Positions 19,701 to 28,958 of a stretch of 33,598 bases of DNA are shown here, piece by piece. How positions within the stretch are numbered: position 1 is the stretch's first letter; each line of letters begins with the position of its first letter. The notes below the pieces were generated by a model. It searched no databases. It saw nothing but the letters and a program-made list of their open reading frames with translations, and was not told where the DNA came from. Both the position numbers and the translations under genes were made by a program. Source of the stretch: Trichomonas gallinae. Taxonomy: Eukaryota. The DNA is taken from assembly GCA_008369845.1 (NCBI GenBank), contig MRSU01010922.1, positions 1 to 33,598 on the forward strand, given 5' to 3'.

Positions 19701-20257
19701 CTTTGTTCGAATTTAATTTGTTTGTTGCGATTTAGCGAGAGATATAAAGATTTGATATATTCTTTAGAAAGAAAATGAAGTTTTTCATCAAATAAAGTAA
19801 TTTCATCCGGTAATTCGTTAATGTTATTGAGCTTAATCGTGTGATTTTCTTTGTATTTCGGAAATTCAGCATTTTTATGTTTATTGAAGTTTTCTATAAC
19901 GTTTTCGGGGACTTCATGTTCAATTGTAGCCTGTGTGTATGGCAAATCTTTCCATTTCACGATGTATTTGTGATTTTCGATATTTAACAGTTTCTCAATT
20001 TCGTTAAAATTCGGATTATAATATGGTTCTTCAGTTTTATGCAAAGCTGGCGTGGATTTGTAGTATCTTAATAGAAACTCGCCCTTTGATGTAGAATTGA
20101 GCTCTTCTTCTGTTAACCATTTGCATTTTTGATAACATAGATTTACGAATTTAACCAAATACTTTGGCGTTTCCTCATTATTATGCCCAATAATCAACTC
20201 AGGCTCCTCCTCAGTTGGTTCCTGTAAAATAAATTGTTTTTTATGCTTATCTTTCAT
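16742..20257 (-). CDS. CHD-like chromatin protein: tandem chromodomains, degenerate SNF2 region, SANT/SLIDE-like segments, C-terminal FYRN/FYRC
   Basis: KYLVKFVNLCYQKCKW and KYIVKWKDLPYTQAT (chromodomains); WTESYDRMLLYGVDKYG; FHSDRYIYPAGYKS, GATPTAPWS and SISGPEAFLLSAPKVISLIQNLPNAEKCTRY (FYR). Walker motifs not recognisable. Confidence 0.85.
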   Translation of the reverse strand: MKDKHKKQFILQEPTEEEPELIIGHNNEETPKYLVKFVNLCYQKCKWLTEEELNSTSKGEFLLRYYKSTPALHKTEEPYYNPNFNEIEKLLNIENHKYIVKWKDLPYTQATIEHEVPENVIENFNKHKNAEFPKYKENHTIKLNNINELPDEITLFDEKLHFLSKEYIKSLYLSLNRNKQIKFEQSIAFDAIRPTIWFLNYIFNEHQIIGPHLIVTDAANIEKWYSILSKLENITTICFEGSPMERERILQIEFSNTKVLPCHIIITTQRILPLEFEFFNSINWCTIFYHKPISQFTEKYASQLSSYMAVNLKESIESNSLISKSIIKCFQALESRNLIDSDKEALVRKIIGNADRGASAESENTIKCYAIFSPMSNVQRHATKIILSRFIDQIKSGKFCCVSYALERNLVHPFLVHRMEYDLGFPDFMLASSSLSVVRKIVENALAGGKKTLISTNMISEYYLLIDFFGELGIKFKYDDASKQDVSTFLHANSIMSFLPSIENYDTIVLLESSTEFIEMWTEHIKACSNLEGKTLYLIANYKSMLKKPTKMKLSDYITRRAAVEAFSESEPQTPEDAFNNAIEFKLGEPFKKMRKSSIDYEVQTENFWDKIDLSKDEIVRVPVKEFDNGYQFTVHERNAIVKTVSCFSWGCWHLGREVCGLNFSDETIEKLCSSLILRLKSEKSSFSLPLFIDNACKPNEVDIESGAFVSQAFFSTISRLSSTIAASLESSNYIHSYIMGKSLDEVFIPQINLPLPCEEWTESYDRMLLYGVDKYGINMFDSFPIDEKKELRNIFKAGRKTHQYDGLLIKRVFCLAATIKKLIIDSKPDIEIGQIKGFEDWTEDEKRAIVKTLLKYGIPCDETGARQYGELGNKAGISRTDEEVEAFVLKCLSSTENQKLAIATSSSVIAMSNLREILHTQICEQLFNKIPRWDELPQEWTSMHELEFFKMLEVEGFGEQERIFKEKFPTIFTDKINPVILQKSFVVRRINKIHWFYSKIEDALKSKQKPETTFPINITESAQVLNIGTVIYDRPAFHSDRYIYPAGYKSCKLAPSLTDPEHRVRWISEIVDTGADSPVFKVYQEDNPSEVFSGATPTAPWSQAMKAIASTKCEKGRIPSISGPEAFLLSAPKVISLIQNLPNAEKCTRYIFKQLSDETEAQSKKNSKHG

Positions 20258-20664
20258 TAAATTATTTATTTATAAATAAATTGACAATGTAAATATTTTA
20301 CATGGCGAAATTAATCATAAAAAGTGATCAACCAGGTATCATTACATATGATTTTTTTTTGTTTGTTTCATTATAGAAAGTTTTTAACTCAATATAAGTA
20401 TGCTTATTAATGCATTATAAACAACTCTTATACTGGAGGTGACAGGTATTTGACGCAACTATAATTACATCTAATTCAATGCAAATTATATGATACATAA
20501 ATCTAAACTCTACTTACTATATTTGATTCTAATGCGCTTTTTTTTTTGAAACATTATAAATATTTAAGCAATCTGCCATGTAAAGTGCACATTAAATTAC
20601 AAATAAATTGAAAATTAGGGTCTCCCCTAAATAAACTTCGAAAAACAAAAAAAAAAAATTAAAA

Positions 20665-22077
20665 ATGACTTCTCGGAAGAATGCGAAGGAATATTCGGAT
20701 TATTCCGACTACAGTTATTATTATAGTGACTCTGAAAAACCACAACAGAAAATTCCTCCTCCAAAGATGAATAAAACAAAAGATATTAATCTGAATCCTT
20801 CTAAGACGAAGGAAAGATCAAAAAATGAACCGGAAAAGACCAAAAATGATGCAATAAATGAATATTCAAGTCTTTATTACTCTGATGATGAAATAAATCG
20901 AGACATCAAAGAAAATATAATCATAGTTGATATAAAACCTTCATCACATAGCACCCCTGCCAATAAAACTTATCCACAACTACAAAAATACTCTCCACCA
21001 TCGATTGAAAAAAATAACGAACAATCAAATTCTTATATCTCTTCATCAGCAGCATCCCAGCAATCTCAGAAGCCTAAGAAGCTGGATTCCTCGACACAAA
21101 TGTATCAAGCGACTAAAAATGATCCGCAATTTCAAAAAGCTTTTAAAGACTTAGTTGATAAAAACAAGACACCGCCACCAATGTTTTTCATCCCAATACA
21201 GCGCGAACTACAAAGAAAATACATAAAATCCCTTGAAAATGAAAATTATGATGAATCTGAACGATTAGAATCAGCATTATCAATAACTTCTCGTCAGATG
21301 CAAGAAATAATGCTTACAGAACGTCATAATAACGAAATACAAGAATATAAAGAAAGAATGTCCGCATCTCAACAAGAATTAACGAATAAACAAAACGAAT
21401 GGAAGAAAATATTTGCACAATATCAACAAGAAACTGCAGATGGTTATCAGTTGCTAATGAAAAGACACAAAGAAGAGGAAGAAGACTTCCAAAAATTATG
21501 GGGAGACCCATCTAACTTAGTTTACTTCAATAAACCAAGTGCCAGACTCCTACAACTTCGCACACAACAAAAACAGCTCGCTATATCTAAGCATTACGCA
21601 GAAGCAAAAGCGATGAAGGCGGAAGTTGAACAATTGCAGCAAATTGAAAGTGAGGAGGCGCAGAAACGTGCTGTTGATGCCATGATTATAGCACACAAAG
21701 CAATGGAAGACAGACATCAAAAAGAAATCGATTGTTTCCACGAAAAAGCAAGAAGAACACAGTATTTTCTTCAAGATCAGATGAAAAAGGAACTACTGCC
21801 TTTCGAAATGCAAATCAAAAAGATCCAAATTACACTCAACGATGAAAAATTATTAAATGGAAAACAAAAGCGAAGAGACACAACAAGAGATGTGAATAAA
21901 CTAAGAATAACATCAAGAGAAGTTTATCCTCATAAAGATGCGCAGACTCAAAGAGCAATGTTAAACTACAGATATCGTGCTGAACCTGTTAAACTCGATA
22001 TAAGTGGAATTGATGTCAAAACATTGATGCAGAGACCACCAAGCTGCATAAGAGTTACAAAGAAGAAGAAAAATTAA
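20665..22077 (+). CDS. Hypothetical coiled-coil protein
   Basis: 470-aa ORF with S/Y/D-rich disordered N-terminus and a long Q/E/K-rich helical region (KPSARLLQLRTQQKQLA...YAEAKAMK). Confidence 0.8.
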   Translation: MTSRKNAKEYSDYSDYSYYYSDSEKPQQKIPPPKMNKTKDINLNPSKTKERSKNEPEKTKNDAINEYSSLYYSDDEINRDIKENIIIVDIKPSSHSTPANKTYPQLQKYSPPSIEKNNEQSNSYISSSAASQQSQKPKKLDSSTQMYQATKNDPQFQKAFKDLVDKNKTPPPMFFIPIQRELQRKYIKSLENENYDESERLESALSITSRQMQEIMLTERHNNEIQEYKERMSASQQELTNKQNEWKKIFAQYQQETADGYQLLMKRHKEEEEDFQKLWGDPSNLVYFNKPSARLLQLRTQQKQLAISKHYAEAKAMKAEVEQLQQIESEEAQKRAVDAMIIAHKAMEDRHQKEIDCFHEKARRTQYFLQDQMKKELLPFEMQIKKIQITLNDEKLLNGKQKRRDTTRDVNKLRITSREVYPHKDAQTQRAMLNYRYRAEPVKLDISGIDVKTLMQRPPSCIRVTKKKKN

Positions 22078-22667
22078 TAATTTTTATATTTGTTATATTA
22101 TAACTTGTTTGAATTAAATATTATTGTAATTAAGAATCTGTCCTATTTAAATACAGCTTATCAAACGATATATCAAAGATATTTTATGATATTTTGTGAT
22201 TTCATAAGATTCTTTTATCAATCATGACTTGCACATTTAGATGTGAACTTCAGTCAAATCAAAATTAAAAAAAAAAAATCTTTTTCAATATTTTGGATAA
22301 GACTTCAGTAAACTCATGTATGTACATAAATTTTGAAGCTAATAATGAGTATATACTTTTTTGTTTAATTTATATTTAATATTTGGATTTATTTTTGTTA
22401 TTTTAATTGAAAGCTTTAAATTATGATATGAGGTTTGCTGAAATGCAAAACTGATATTTTGAGATATGAAAATGTCAATTTTTTTTAAATTTGTACTAAT
22501 TCATATTTTGTTTTGTCAACTTAAAGCTTAGAGGGATGATTGCTATTTATAAATATTTAACTTAAAGAATTGGTTGGATGAGTTGCATTGATTGAAATGG
22601 TTATAGACTAAAAAATCCTAAAAAAGTCACAACAAAAAATTACGTCACATTTTTGTCACTTTTATTC

Positions 22668-22673
22668 TCACTT
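22668..22673 (+). promoter_or_regulatory. Inr-like TCACTT
   Basis: Begins 13 nt upstream of ATG 22681; matches the trichomonad Inr. Confidence 0.6.
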
Positions 22674-22680
22674 TTCGAAA

Positions 22681-23451
22681 ATGGAAGAAGTCATTTCTGT
22701 TTATTTTACTCCTCTTTTCGACCAAGATTCCAATGTTATGAGAGACCACTTCCTCCGCAACGGTTTCACCAACATTCAGAGAATTTCTTGTTTTCCAAAT
22801 TATTGCCGCGTTGATTTTTCTTCTCTCGAAGAGGCCAAAAGTTTCATATCATTTTACGATGGAAATACGATAAAAGGATATAAATGCAGTTGTTCGTTAA
22901 GTAAATCAAGAAAGCCAATGGATAAACCACCAAGGCCTCCAAGAGACGACTACCCATCATCAAGACGTGATTACAACGATAGACCGCGCGAAAGCAGCTA
23001 CGACAATCGCGATTATCGCCGCGATGACGAAACATCAAGATATTCAGAAACCAGAGACTGGGACCCAAGTTACGATAGAAGGTCACCTGATTATAGCAGA
23101 GATAGCTATGATAGAAGACCATCTGATCATCGCGATAAATATCATTCATCAAGTCGTGAATCAACAAAAACAGTTATTGTACGCGGTATAGATAAACTTC
23201 ATACACTCACAGAGCGCGATTTATTTAATGAATTTATTAAGGTTGACTGCTTCATCCGCCAAGTTGAAGTTCGTGGACCAGTAGCTTACATTTCATTTGA
23301 TACTTATGGTGACGCTAGAATTGCTGTCAATAAGATGAATAACGCCAATATTAAGGGTTGCCACATTCGCGTTGATTATACAGAAGATATTCCACTTAAT
23401 CTTCCTAGGATTGGTATTCCTCTTATTGCAGTAGAAGATAAGAGAATATAA
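22681..23451 (+). CDS. Two-RRM RNA-binding protein with an R/D/S/Y-rich linker (SR-like)
   Basis: Divergent RRM1 (YCRVDFSSLEEA) and RRM2 (TVIVRGI, VAYISFDTYGDARIAVNKMN..IRVDY) flank RD/RS-rich repeats. Confidence 0.85.
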   Translation: MEEVISVYFTPLFDQDSNVMRDHFLRNGFTNIQRISCFPNYCRVDFSSLEEAKSFISFYDGNTIKGYKCSCSLSKSRKPMDKPPRPPRDDYPSSRRDYNDRPRESSYDNRDYRRDDETSRYSETRDWDPSYDRRSPDYSRDSYDRRPSDHRDKYHSSSRESTKTVIVRGIDKLHTLTERDLFNEFIKVDCFIRQVEVRGPVAYISFDTYGDARIAVNKMNNANIKGCHIRVDYTEDIPLNLPRIGIPLIAVEDKRI

Positions 23452-23768
23452 AGGTTGTAGTGCATATTATTGTTGAATTAAAGTTTTATAAAATTTATTA
23501 TTTTCTGTTTTTGGCATTGTATGTTCATATCTATAAATATTCAAGACGAAATAATTAATTTGTGCATAAATTTTTAAAAATTTCATTATATTTTTATATT
23601 AACTTCAATTTGAATATATCAAATATAGGTGATTAAGATAGAAATTTTGGAGAATATGATGTTATAAAAATAAGAAGAAATTAGAACGATATATAAATTT
23701 AATATAAGTAAACAAAAACAAACAAATATTATAAAAATGTAATACACCAAATAATTGTATGAATAAAA

Positions 23769-26669
23769 TTACGCGATGCCTAAGATTTGCATAAGTTTTC
23801 TTTCATGTTCTGGATTTTGCGATCGTAAAACAAGCAAATTATTCTTAAAGAATTGCGGCTTAGCTTCGGAAATTTCAGTGAGAACTTCAATTGTAGTGCT
23901 ATATGTCTCGCTCTCGATTTGTAATTTATGAATCAAACTAAGTGAAGCAAATAATAATGCAGAAGAATCATTTTGCTCACTCGATGACAAAATATTAACA
24001 GCATTGGTCAGTGTTCTTTCTATATCTACTCTAACTTCATTATTTGAATCGCAATCGAAAACTTTCAGTAAAACATCCCAAGCTTTGTGTACAATTAGGT
24101 TATCCAGTGGCTGCTTATCATGAAAAGCTCTAACTTGGAAACTAATAATTGCATCAGCAATAAATATCGAATAATCTTCAAAGAAACCATTGGATGTATC
24201 ATTATTCATATCATTGAAAATCATAAGGACAGTGTTTTGATAGTCTTTGGATAATTCTGGAATATTATCAATAATATCATAGATAGTTTGCAATATTGGA
24301 AGAATGGCTGATATTACATCTTCCTCATGATAATGATTCTTCAATATATTTAAGAAATAACCAAACTTTTCGATTAAATAATCAGATGAATTTCTTCCAC
24401 TCGACAAAAACTCGATGACGGAGTCTCTTGCGTTTTGAAGGACACTGTTATCAAGATATGCCATCAGTTCGATCACTTTTAAGACGAAGAAATCATTTCC
24501 TTTCATTGAAATTTCGCGAATTAATGAGAAAATGTTGAAATTACTGAAAACGCAATCAGCAAAATGGAAACCTGTAGGCGAATTGACATGTACTAGTAAT
24601 ATCTTCTCGAGATATTCAAGTATTTGAAGAGGAATTTCGTTTTCCTGGCATTTTTGAATTATTGCAGAAGCAATGTAAACAGCGGAGTTAAAAACACCCG
24701 GATCACATGCTATTAGTGAGAAATCACTTGCTACAGCGAAATATCTAAGCAAATCTTCAAGATTTAAAGCTGCTGAAAATTTAGAAATCGCAAATCCGCA
24801 GTAAGACACTAAAACATTGGACTCTGTTTGAAGTATATGATCAAATATGCTAGGATTTGGTGTGAAATCTTGTGGAACTAAATCTTCATCATTAAATAAA
24901 GCAGATCTGATTCTTAGGAACGACTGCAGGCCTTTTTGGATGAAATCATCATCTTCAGTGATAATCATTTGTATTCTTTCCAAAATCGGAAATATATTTT
25001 CTTTTGCTTCTTCGAGATCGAGATTTTCGTAGTTAGAATAAACAATCCAAATGAAGTCTATAGCGTCAAGACCGATATTTATGTCATTTTTGTCTGATGA
25101 TTCAAGGAGCTGTGGAATTACATCAAATGAAGCGTCTAAAAGCGGATATTGGAATTCAATGTCTCTTAGAAGCAATTCTGTGTATGTAAAAAGCGACAAA
25201 CCTCGATTTGACAAAGATTCAGATTCATTCAAAATAATTTGGCTGAGAAATTCGTGCAATTCTACCAAAAGTGGCTGCTCACAGTACTCACAAACATCGC
25301 AAAGCATCGAGAAATACTTTCTGAGCGTCGGCTGAGGAATTAAAGGAAAAATGTGGAGTAAATCAAGTACTAATGACTTATTGAGTATATCATTGCGTAT
25401 AAGATGCTTAATGGCTTTCAATGCATCATGTGAATATTCGTCCATTGCGATTAATTCTAATAAACTTGGAATAATATTCGACAAACACGTGTGAATCATT
25501 GTTGTTGCTGAGTCAGCCACATTGAGCGTGAATATTATCATGGTTAAACTGCAGTATCTTCCTTTTGAAATCAAATATAAAAATTTGTTCTGCAAATAAT
25601 CGAGTAAATCATTTTCTCTCTCGAAAAACGGTATGAATGAAGACAGTAATACAAGGCATGCTTCTAATTTTCTGTTAACATTGGATAATTTTTGAATCGC
25701 TTCAACAATCGGAAAAATACAAGTTTCTTCGACGTTGCTCATAGAAAACTGATGTATATGATATGTAATCTTTCGCGTATATTCTGTTTCCGAATAATTC
25801 TCGATGAATCCTAATAATTTCAAAATGAAAGTTTGTATTTGATATTCTTGCATGACAGGCAGAAAATGGAGCAATTTTAGTATTGTTTTGTATATAACTT
25901 CCGTGTTTTCGTATGAATCTAGTTCAGAAATCAAGATATCAACTTGAGGAATATCTAAAACATACAAAGAAGGATAAATAGCGCGAATTGAGTTGACAGA
26001 TTTGAGCATATTGTTGTAATTCGTGATGTTAAAGTCATCATCTTGACAAACTTCGCAGATATTTGCTTTAAAATAATTTAGGAAATTTGTTTGGCTTGAT
26101 AACCAGTTGATATCTGGTTTAGATAAGCAAATAATCTGTATAAAGTTGTATTTTTGATATTGATCAGCATCTTCGAAGATTTGATCAATTAACATCGAAA
26201 TTTCAGCCTTATGATCAGAATAAAACATCGGATTAATGAAATCCATGAGGGAGCATAGTAAGTAAGCAGGTGAAAATTGATTCTGAAAATCTGTTGCGAG
26301 GATAGTTTCGTAAATTTTTGAACTAATGCTTCCTGTTTGAATATACAGCTGATATAAGCCTTCTATGAGTAACCTGATTGATGATATCTCTGTTAAATGC
26401 TTTAAAATTTGAATTATTGGCTCGATTTTTTTATCAATTTCGCTAATTTCGCATTTTATTTGAGTTTTGAAAAAGAAATACGATGTAAAATAGCAATATC
26501 CGACAACTAATGGTGTGTTTTCGATATTTTCTAGAACATGATTCGAAACTTCATAAAATGTTTCAAAAGAGGTCTTTATATTATGTGGTAAGTTGTAGAA
26601 TTTACAACTACCATCCAGAACTGACTGACCGCTCTTGATCAAGACGCTAATAATTTCTTGTGGTTTCAT
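23769..26669 (-). CDS. Hypothetical alpha-solenoid (HEAT/ARM-like) protein
   Basis: 966-aa uninterrupted ORF, L/I-rich acidic amphipathic helices (IIPSLLELI, VIPQLLES, NIFPILERI). No specific family recognised. Confidence 0.75.
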   Translation of the reverse strand: MKPQEIISVLIKSGQSVLDGSCKFYNLPHNIKTSFETFYEVSNHVLENIENTPLVVGYCYFTSYFFFKTQIKCEISEIDKKIEPIIQILKHLTEISSIRLLIEGLYQLYIQTGSISSKIYETILATDFQNQFSPAYLLCSLMDFINPMFYSDHKAEISMLIDQIFEDADQYQKYNFIQIICLSKPDINWLSSQTNFLNYFKANICEVCQDDDFNITNYNNMLKSVNSIRAIYPSLYVLDIPQVDILISELDSYENTEVIYKTILKLLHFLPVMQEYQIQTFILKLLGFIENYSETEYTRKITYHIHQFSMSNVEETCIFPIVEAIQKLSNVNRKLEACLVLLSSFIPFFERENDLLDYLQNKFLYLISKGRYCSLTMIIFTLNVADSATTMIHTCLSNIIPSLLELIAMDEYSHDALKAIKHLIRNDILNKSLVLDLLHIFPLIPQPTLRKYFSMLCDVCEYCEQPLLVELHEFLSQIILNESESLSNRGLSLFTYTELLLRDIEFQYPLLDASFDVIPQLLESSDKNDINIGLDAIDFIWIVYSNYENLDLEEAKENIFPILERIQMIITEDDDFIQKGLQSFLRIRSALFNDEDLVPQDFTPNPSIFDHILQTESNVLVSYCGFAISKFSAALNLEDLLRYFAVASDFSLIACDPGVFNSAVYIASAIIQKCQENEIPLQILEYLEKILLVHVNSPTGFHFADCVFSNFNIFSLIREISMKGNDFFVLKVIELMAYLDNSVLQNARDSVIEFLSSGRNSSDYLIEKFGYFLNILKNHYHEEDVISAILPILQTIYDIIDNIPELSKDYQNTVLMIFNDMNNDTSNGFFEDYSIFIADAIISFQVRAFHDKQPLDNLIVHKAWDVLLKVFDCDSNNEVRVDIERTLTNAVNILSSSEQNDSSALLFASLSLIHKLQIESETYSTTIEVLTEISEAKPQFFKNNLLVLRSQNPEHERKLMQILGIA

Positions 26670-26927
26670 TTTTAATTTTTGATTTTCAAAACTTTTATGT
26701 AAACTTTTTTTATCAGCAGAATCAACTCATTTTATCCTATTTTGAACATATTTCGCTCAATTTTTTTACGTTTTCCTTCCTTTTATTTTGTAAATTTAAT
26801 TTTTTTTACAAATCATCAAAAAACAATTAATATTTACACATTCATAACTTTTCAATTTATATTTTATATCCTTCGGGGCTTAAAAACAAAAATAATTATA
26901 ATATTCAATTTTTATTTCGCACAAACA

Positions 26928-27869
26928 TTATTTTTTAATATTGTTATCATTAAAACTAACTTTCTGGCGGTTGAATGCCTTAAATACCTCGATCGAACTC
27001 GCTGCTGCGATTGATCTTTGAAGTCTAATTGTCATTAAAGAAGCCTGGAGATCAGATTGAGCTTGCTCGATGATGGACTCAGAGCAATTACCATTGATCC
27101 ATGCTGTTTCGAGCAAATCATCAACTGTTGTTCTTCTGTGTGGATGCAATTGAAGCATTCCTTGTACGATTTCTCTGGCATCTTCGGAAATTGTTTTCCA
27201 CACATCATCATCGAAGCAAATTGGATTATTTTTGATATATTCGAGATTATTTTTCTTTGAGAATGGATATGGTGGAATTCCTCTAAGAAGTAGGTATAAT
27301 ATGCATCCTAGAGACCAAATATCAGATGGAGGACCGTAAGGTTGTTTGTCTAAAATTTCCGGTGCTGGAAAATCGTCGTATTCTAAAATAGGGGACTGAA
27401 TTTGCTCATCGAGGATTTTAGCGAGATAGAAATCTTTGATCTTGAATGGACAAGACTGCTCATTTGAGAGCATAATATTATAGACCGACAAATTACGAAC
27501 GATAATGTTAGTTGAATGAAGCACACGAATGGTGTGTAGCAGGCAAAAAGCAATTGTAGATATATATCTTTCTGATAAAATTGGATTTGGAAGTAAATTT
27601 GATATTAAATCTCCGGCGGGGACGATTTGCTGAGGAACGACAATAAAATCTTGATCTTCTGTGATATCATATACTGTTGTAAGCCCAATAAAGTCAATAT
27701 CTGGAGGTTGTATGCTTACAAATTGTTCATGTGGAAAATTCTTATAATATATCAAAATCGAAACTTGTCTGTCACTTTCTGCCTCAACGGCGTTGAATGT
27801 GCGTGTGTATGCACTGGCATCGTAAAGTTCGAGTGTTTCAAAAAGTCCAAGATAATCATTTACTTGCAT
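26928..27869 (-). CDS. CAMK-like protein kinase fold, probable pseudokinase
   Basis: C-lobe intact (APEIL, SDIWSLGCILYLLLRGIPPY, WKTISEDAREIVQGML, RRTT..LL..AWI). HRD reads VRN, DFG reads DFY, and there is no Gly-rich loop or VAIK lysine. Confidence 0.88.
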   Translation of the reverse strand: MQVNDYLGLFETLELYDASAYTRTFNAVEAESDRQVSILIYYKNFPHEQFVSIQPPDIDFIGLTTVYDITEDQDFIVVPQQIVPAGDLISNLLPNPILSERYISTIAFCLLHTIRVLHSTNIIVRNLSVYNIMLSNEQSCPFKIKDFYLAKILDEQIQSPILEYDDFPAPEILDKQPYGPPSDIWSLGCILYLLLRGIPPYPFSKKNNLEYIKNNPICFDDDVWKTISEDAREIVQGMLQLHPHRRTTVDDLLETAWINGNCSESIIEQAQSDLQASLMTIRLQRSIAAASSIEVFKAFNRQKVSFNDNNIKK

Positions 27870-28074
27870 TTTATTATTTTTTTTTTTGACATGTAAAGAA
27901 TTTTGTAAACAATAACTAATACAGGGTCTAAAAAATTATTAAAGGGAATATTTTTTTTTTCATATCTAAAGAATTATATATCATGAGATAGAGGGGTTTT
28001 TAACAGCATAATACAAAAAGTTAAGAAATGAGCTTTGTATTACAGATTGTCATATTCAATATAATTATTTGGGG

Positions 28075-28107
28075 AAAAAAGTCGTCTCATAAAAAGACGA
28101 CTTTTTT
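28075..28107. repeat. Perfect 13-bp inverted repeat with a 7-nt loop
   Basis: AAAAAAGTCGTCT (28075-28087) and AGACGACTTTTTT (28095-28107). Confidence 0.85.
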
Positions 28108-28268
28108 TTGCTTAAATTTTCAAACAAAATTTGTTGACCGTAAATTCAGAAAACCAAAATTCGTTCTTTGCAATATAATTGGTTTCATAGTGTGTCTAAT
28201 GAAAAATCAAGCATAAAAACAAATTTTAAATTTTACAATTTTTTTATTGAAATTTTATCATTTCATTA

Positions 28269-28763
28269 ATGAATAAAGATCTTCTAGCAAAGTTATCCGA
28301 TAGAAGATATCTGAATGCATTGGAAGAAGACTCAGATGAAGAAGAGTTGACGATTTTTAGGGCGCTTCTTGAACGAGTTAGGGGACTTTCTAACTTGAAT
28401 GAAGTTATCCAAAATTCAGGATGTGAGTACATTAAAACAACATCATTGCTGCAAGAAGCGGAAGAACTATTAGAAAATGACGAAGTGGAAGAAGCACTTG
28501 ATAAAGTCTTTGAAGCAATTGAAAAAGATCCATTCAATCCAGAATGCTATATTTTCTGCTTGGAAAGATTTACTTCTGGAAATGGGAATAGTCAGTATTC
28601 GATCTCGAACTAGTAATCAAACTGAATCCCCATCACAGGGACACATACTTACTTCTCAATATGCATATTCCAGCAGTGTTGACGTGACGAATGCAAGAGC
28701 GCTTGAAGAGCAAAGAAATACATCGCCAGGGCAGAAGAAATGAAAACCAGACTTCAGCGCTAA
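28269..28763 (+). pseudogene. Frameshifted TPR-repeat gene
   Basis: TPR-like text is split over three frames: EALDKVFEAIEKDPFNPECYIF (start frame), LLLEMG (second frame), FDLELVIKLNPHHRDTYLLL (third frame, from 28598), then AKKYIARAEEMKTRLQR* back in the start frame (stop 28761-28763) after in-frame stops. Confidence 0.65.
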
Positions 28764-28958
28764 AGTGGATATAAGAAATAATTGCTAAGGAAAATGTTAT
28801 CTTTTTAATGTGTTAGATACGACTATTAAAACATTAAATAATTCTGAAGTTTAAATGTTATCTGTACATTATCATTTGAGAAATAAAAATAATATAAAAG
28901 TAAATTATTAAATTTCATAAATATAAAAGCTTTAAGAGGATAAACAAATATATTGAAC

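Noticed and set aside
26742..27014. AT-rich short ORFs (also 1622-1873, 4102-4329, 9339-9701, 28028-28216, 28826-29062)
   Set aside because: F/I/K/N-rich translations of intergenic or antisense DNA with no coding signature.
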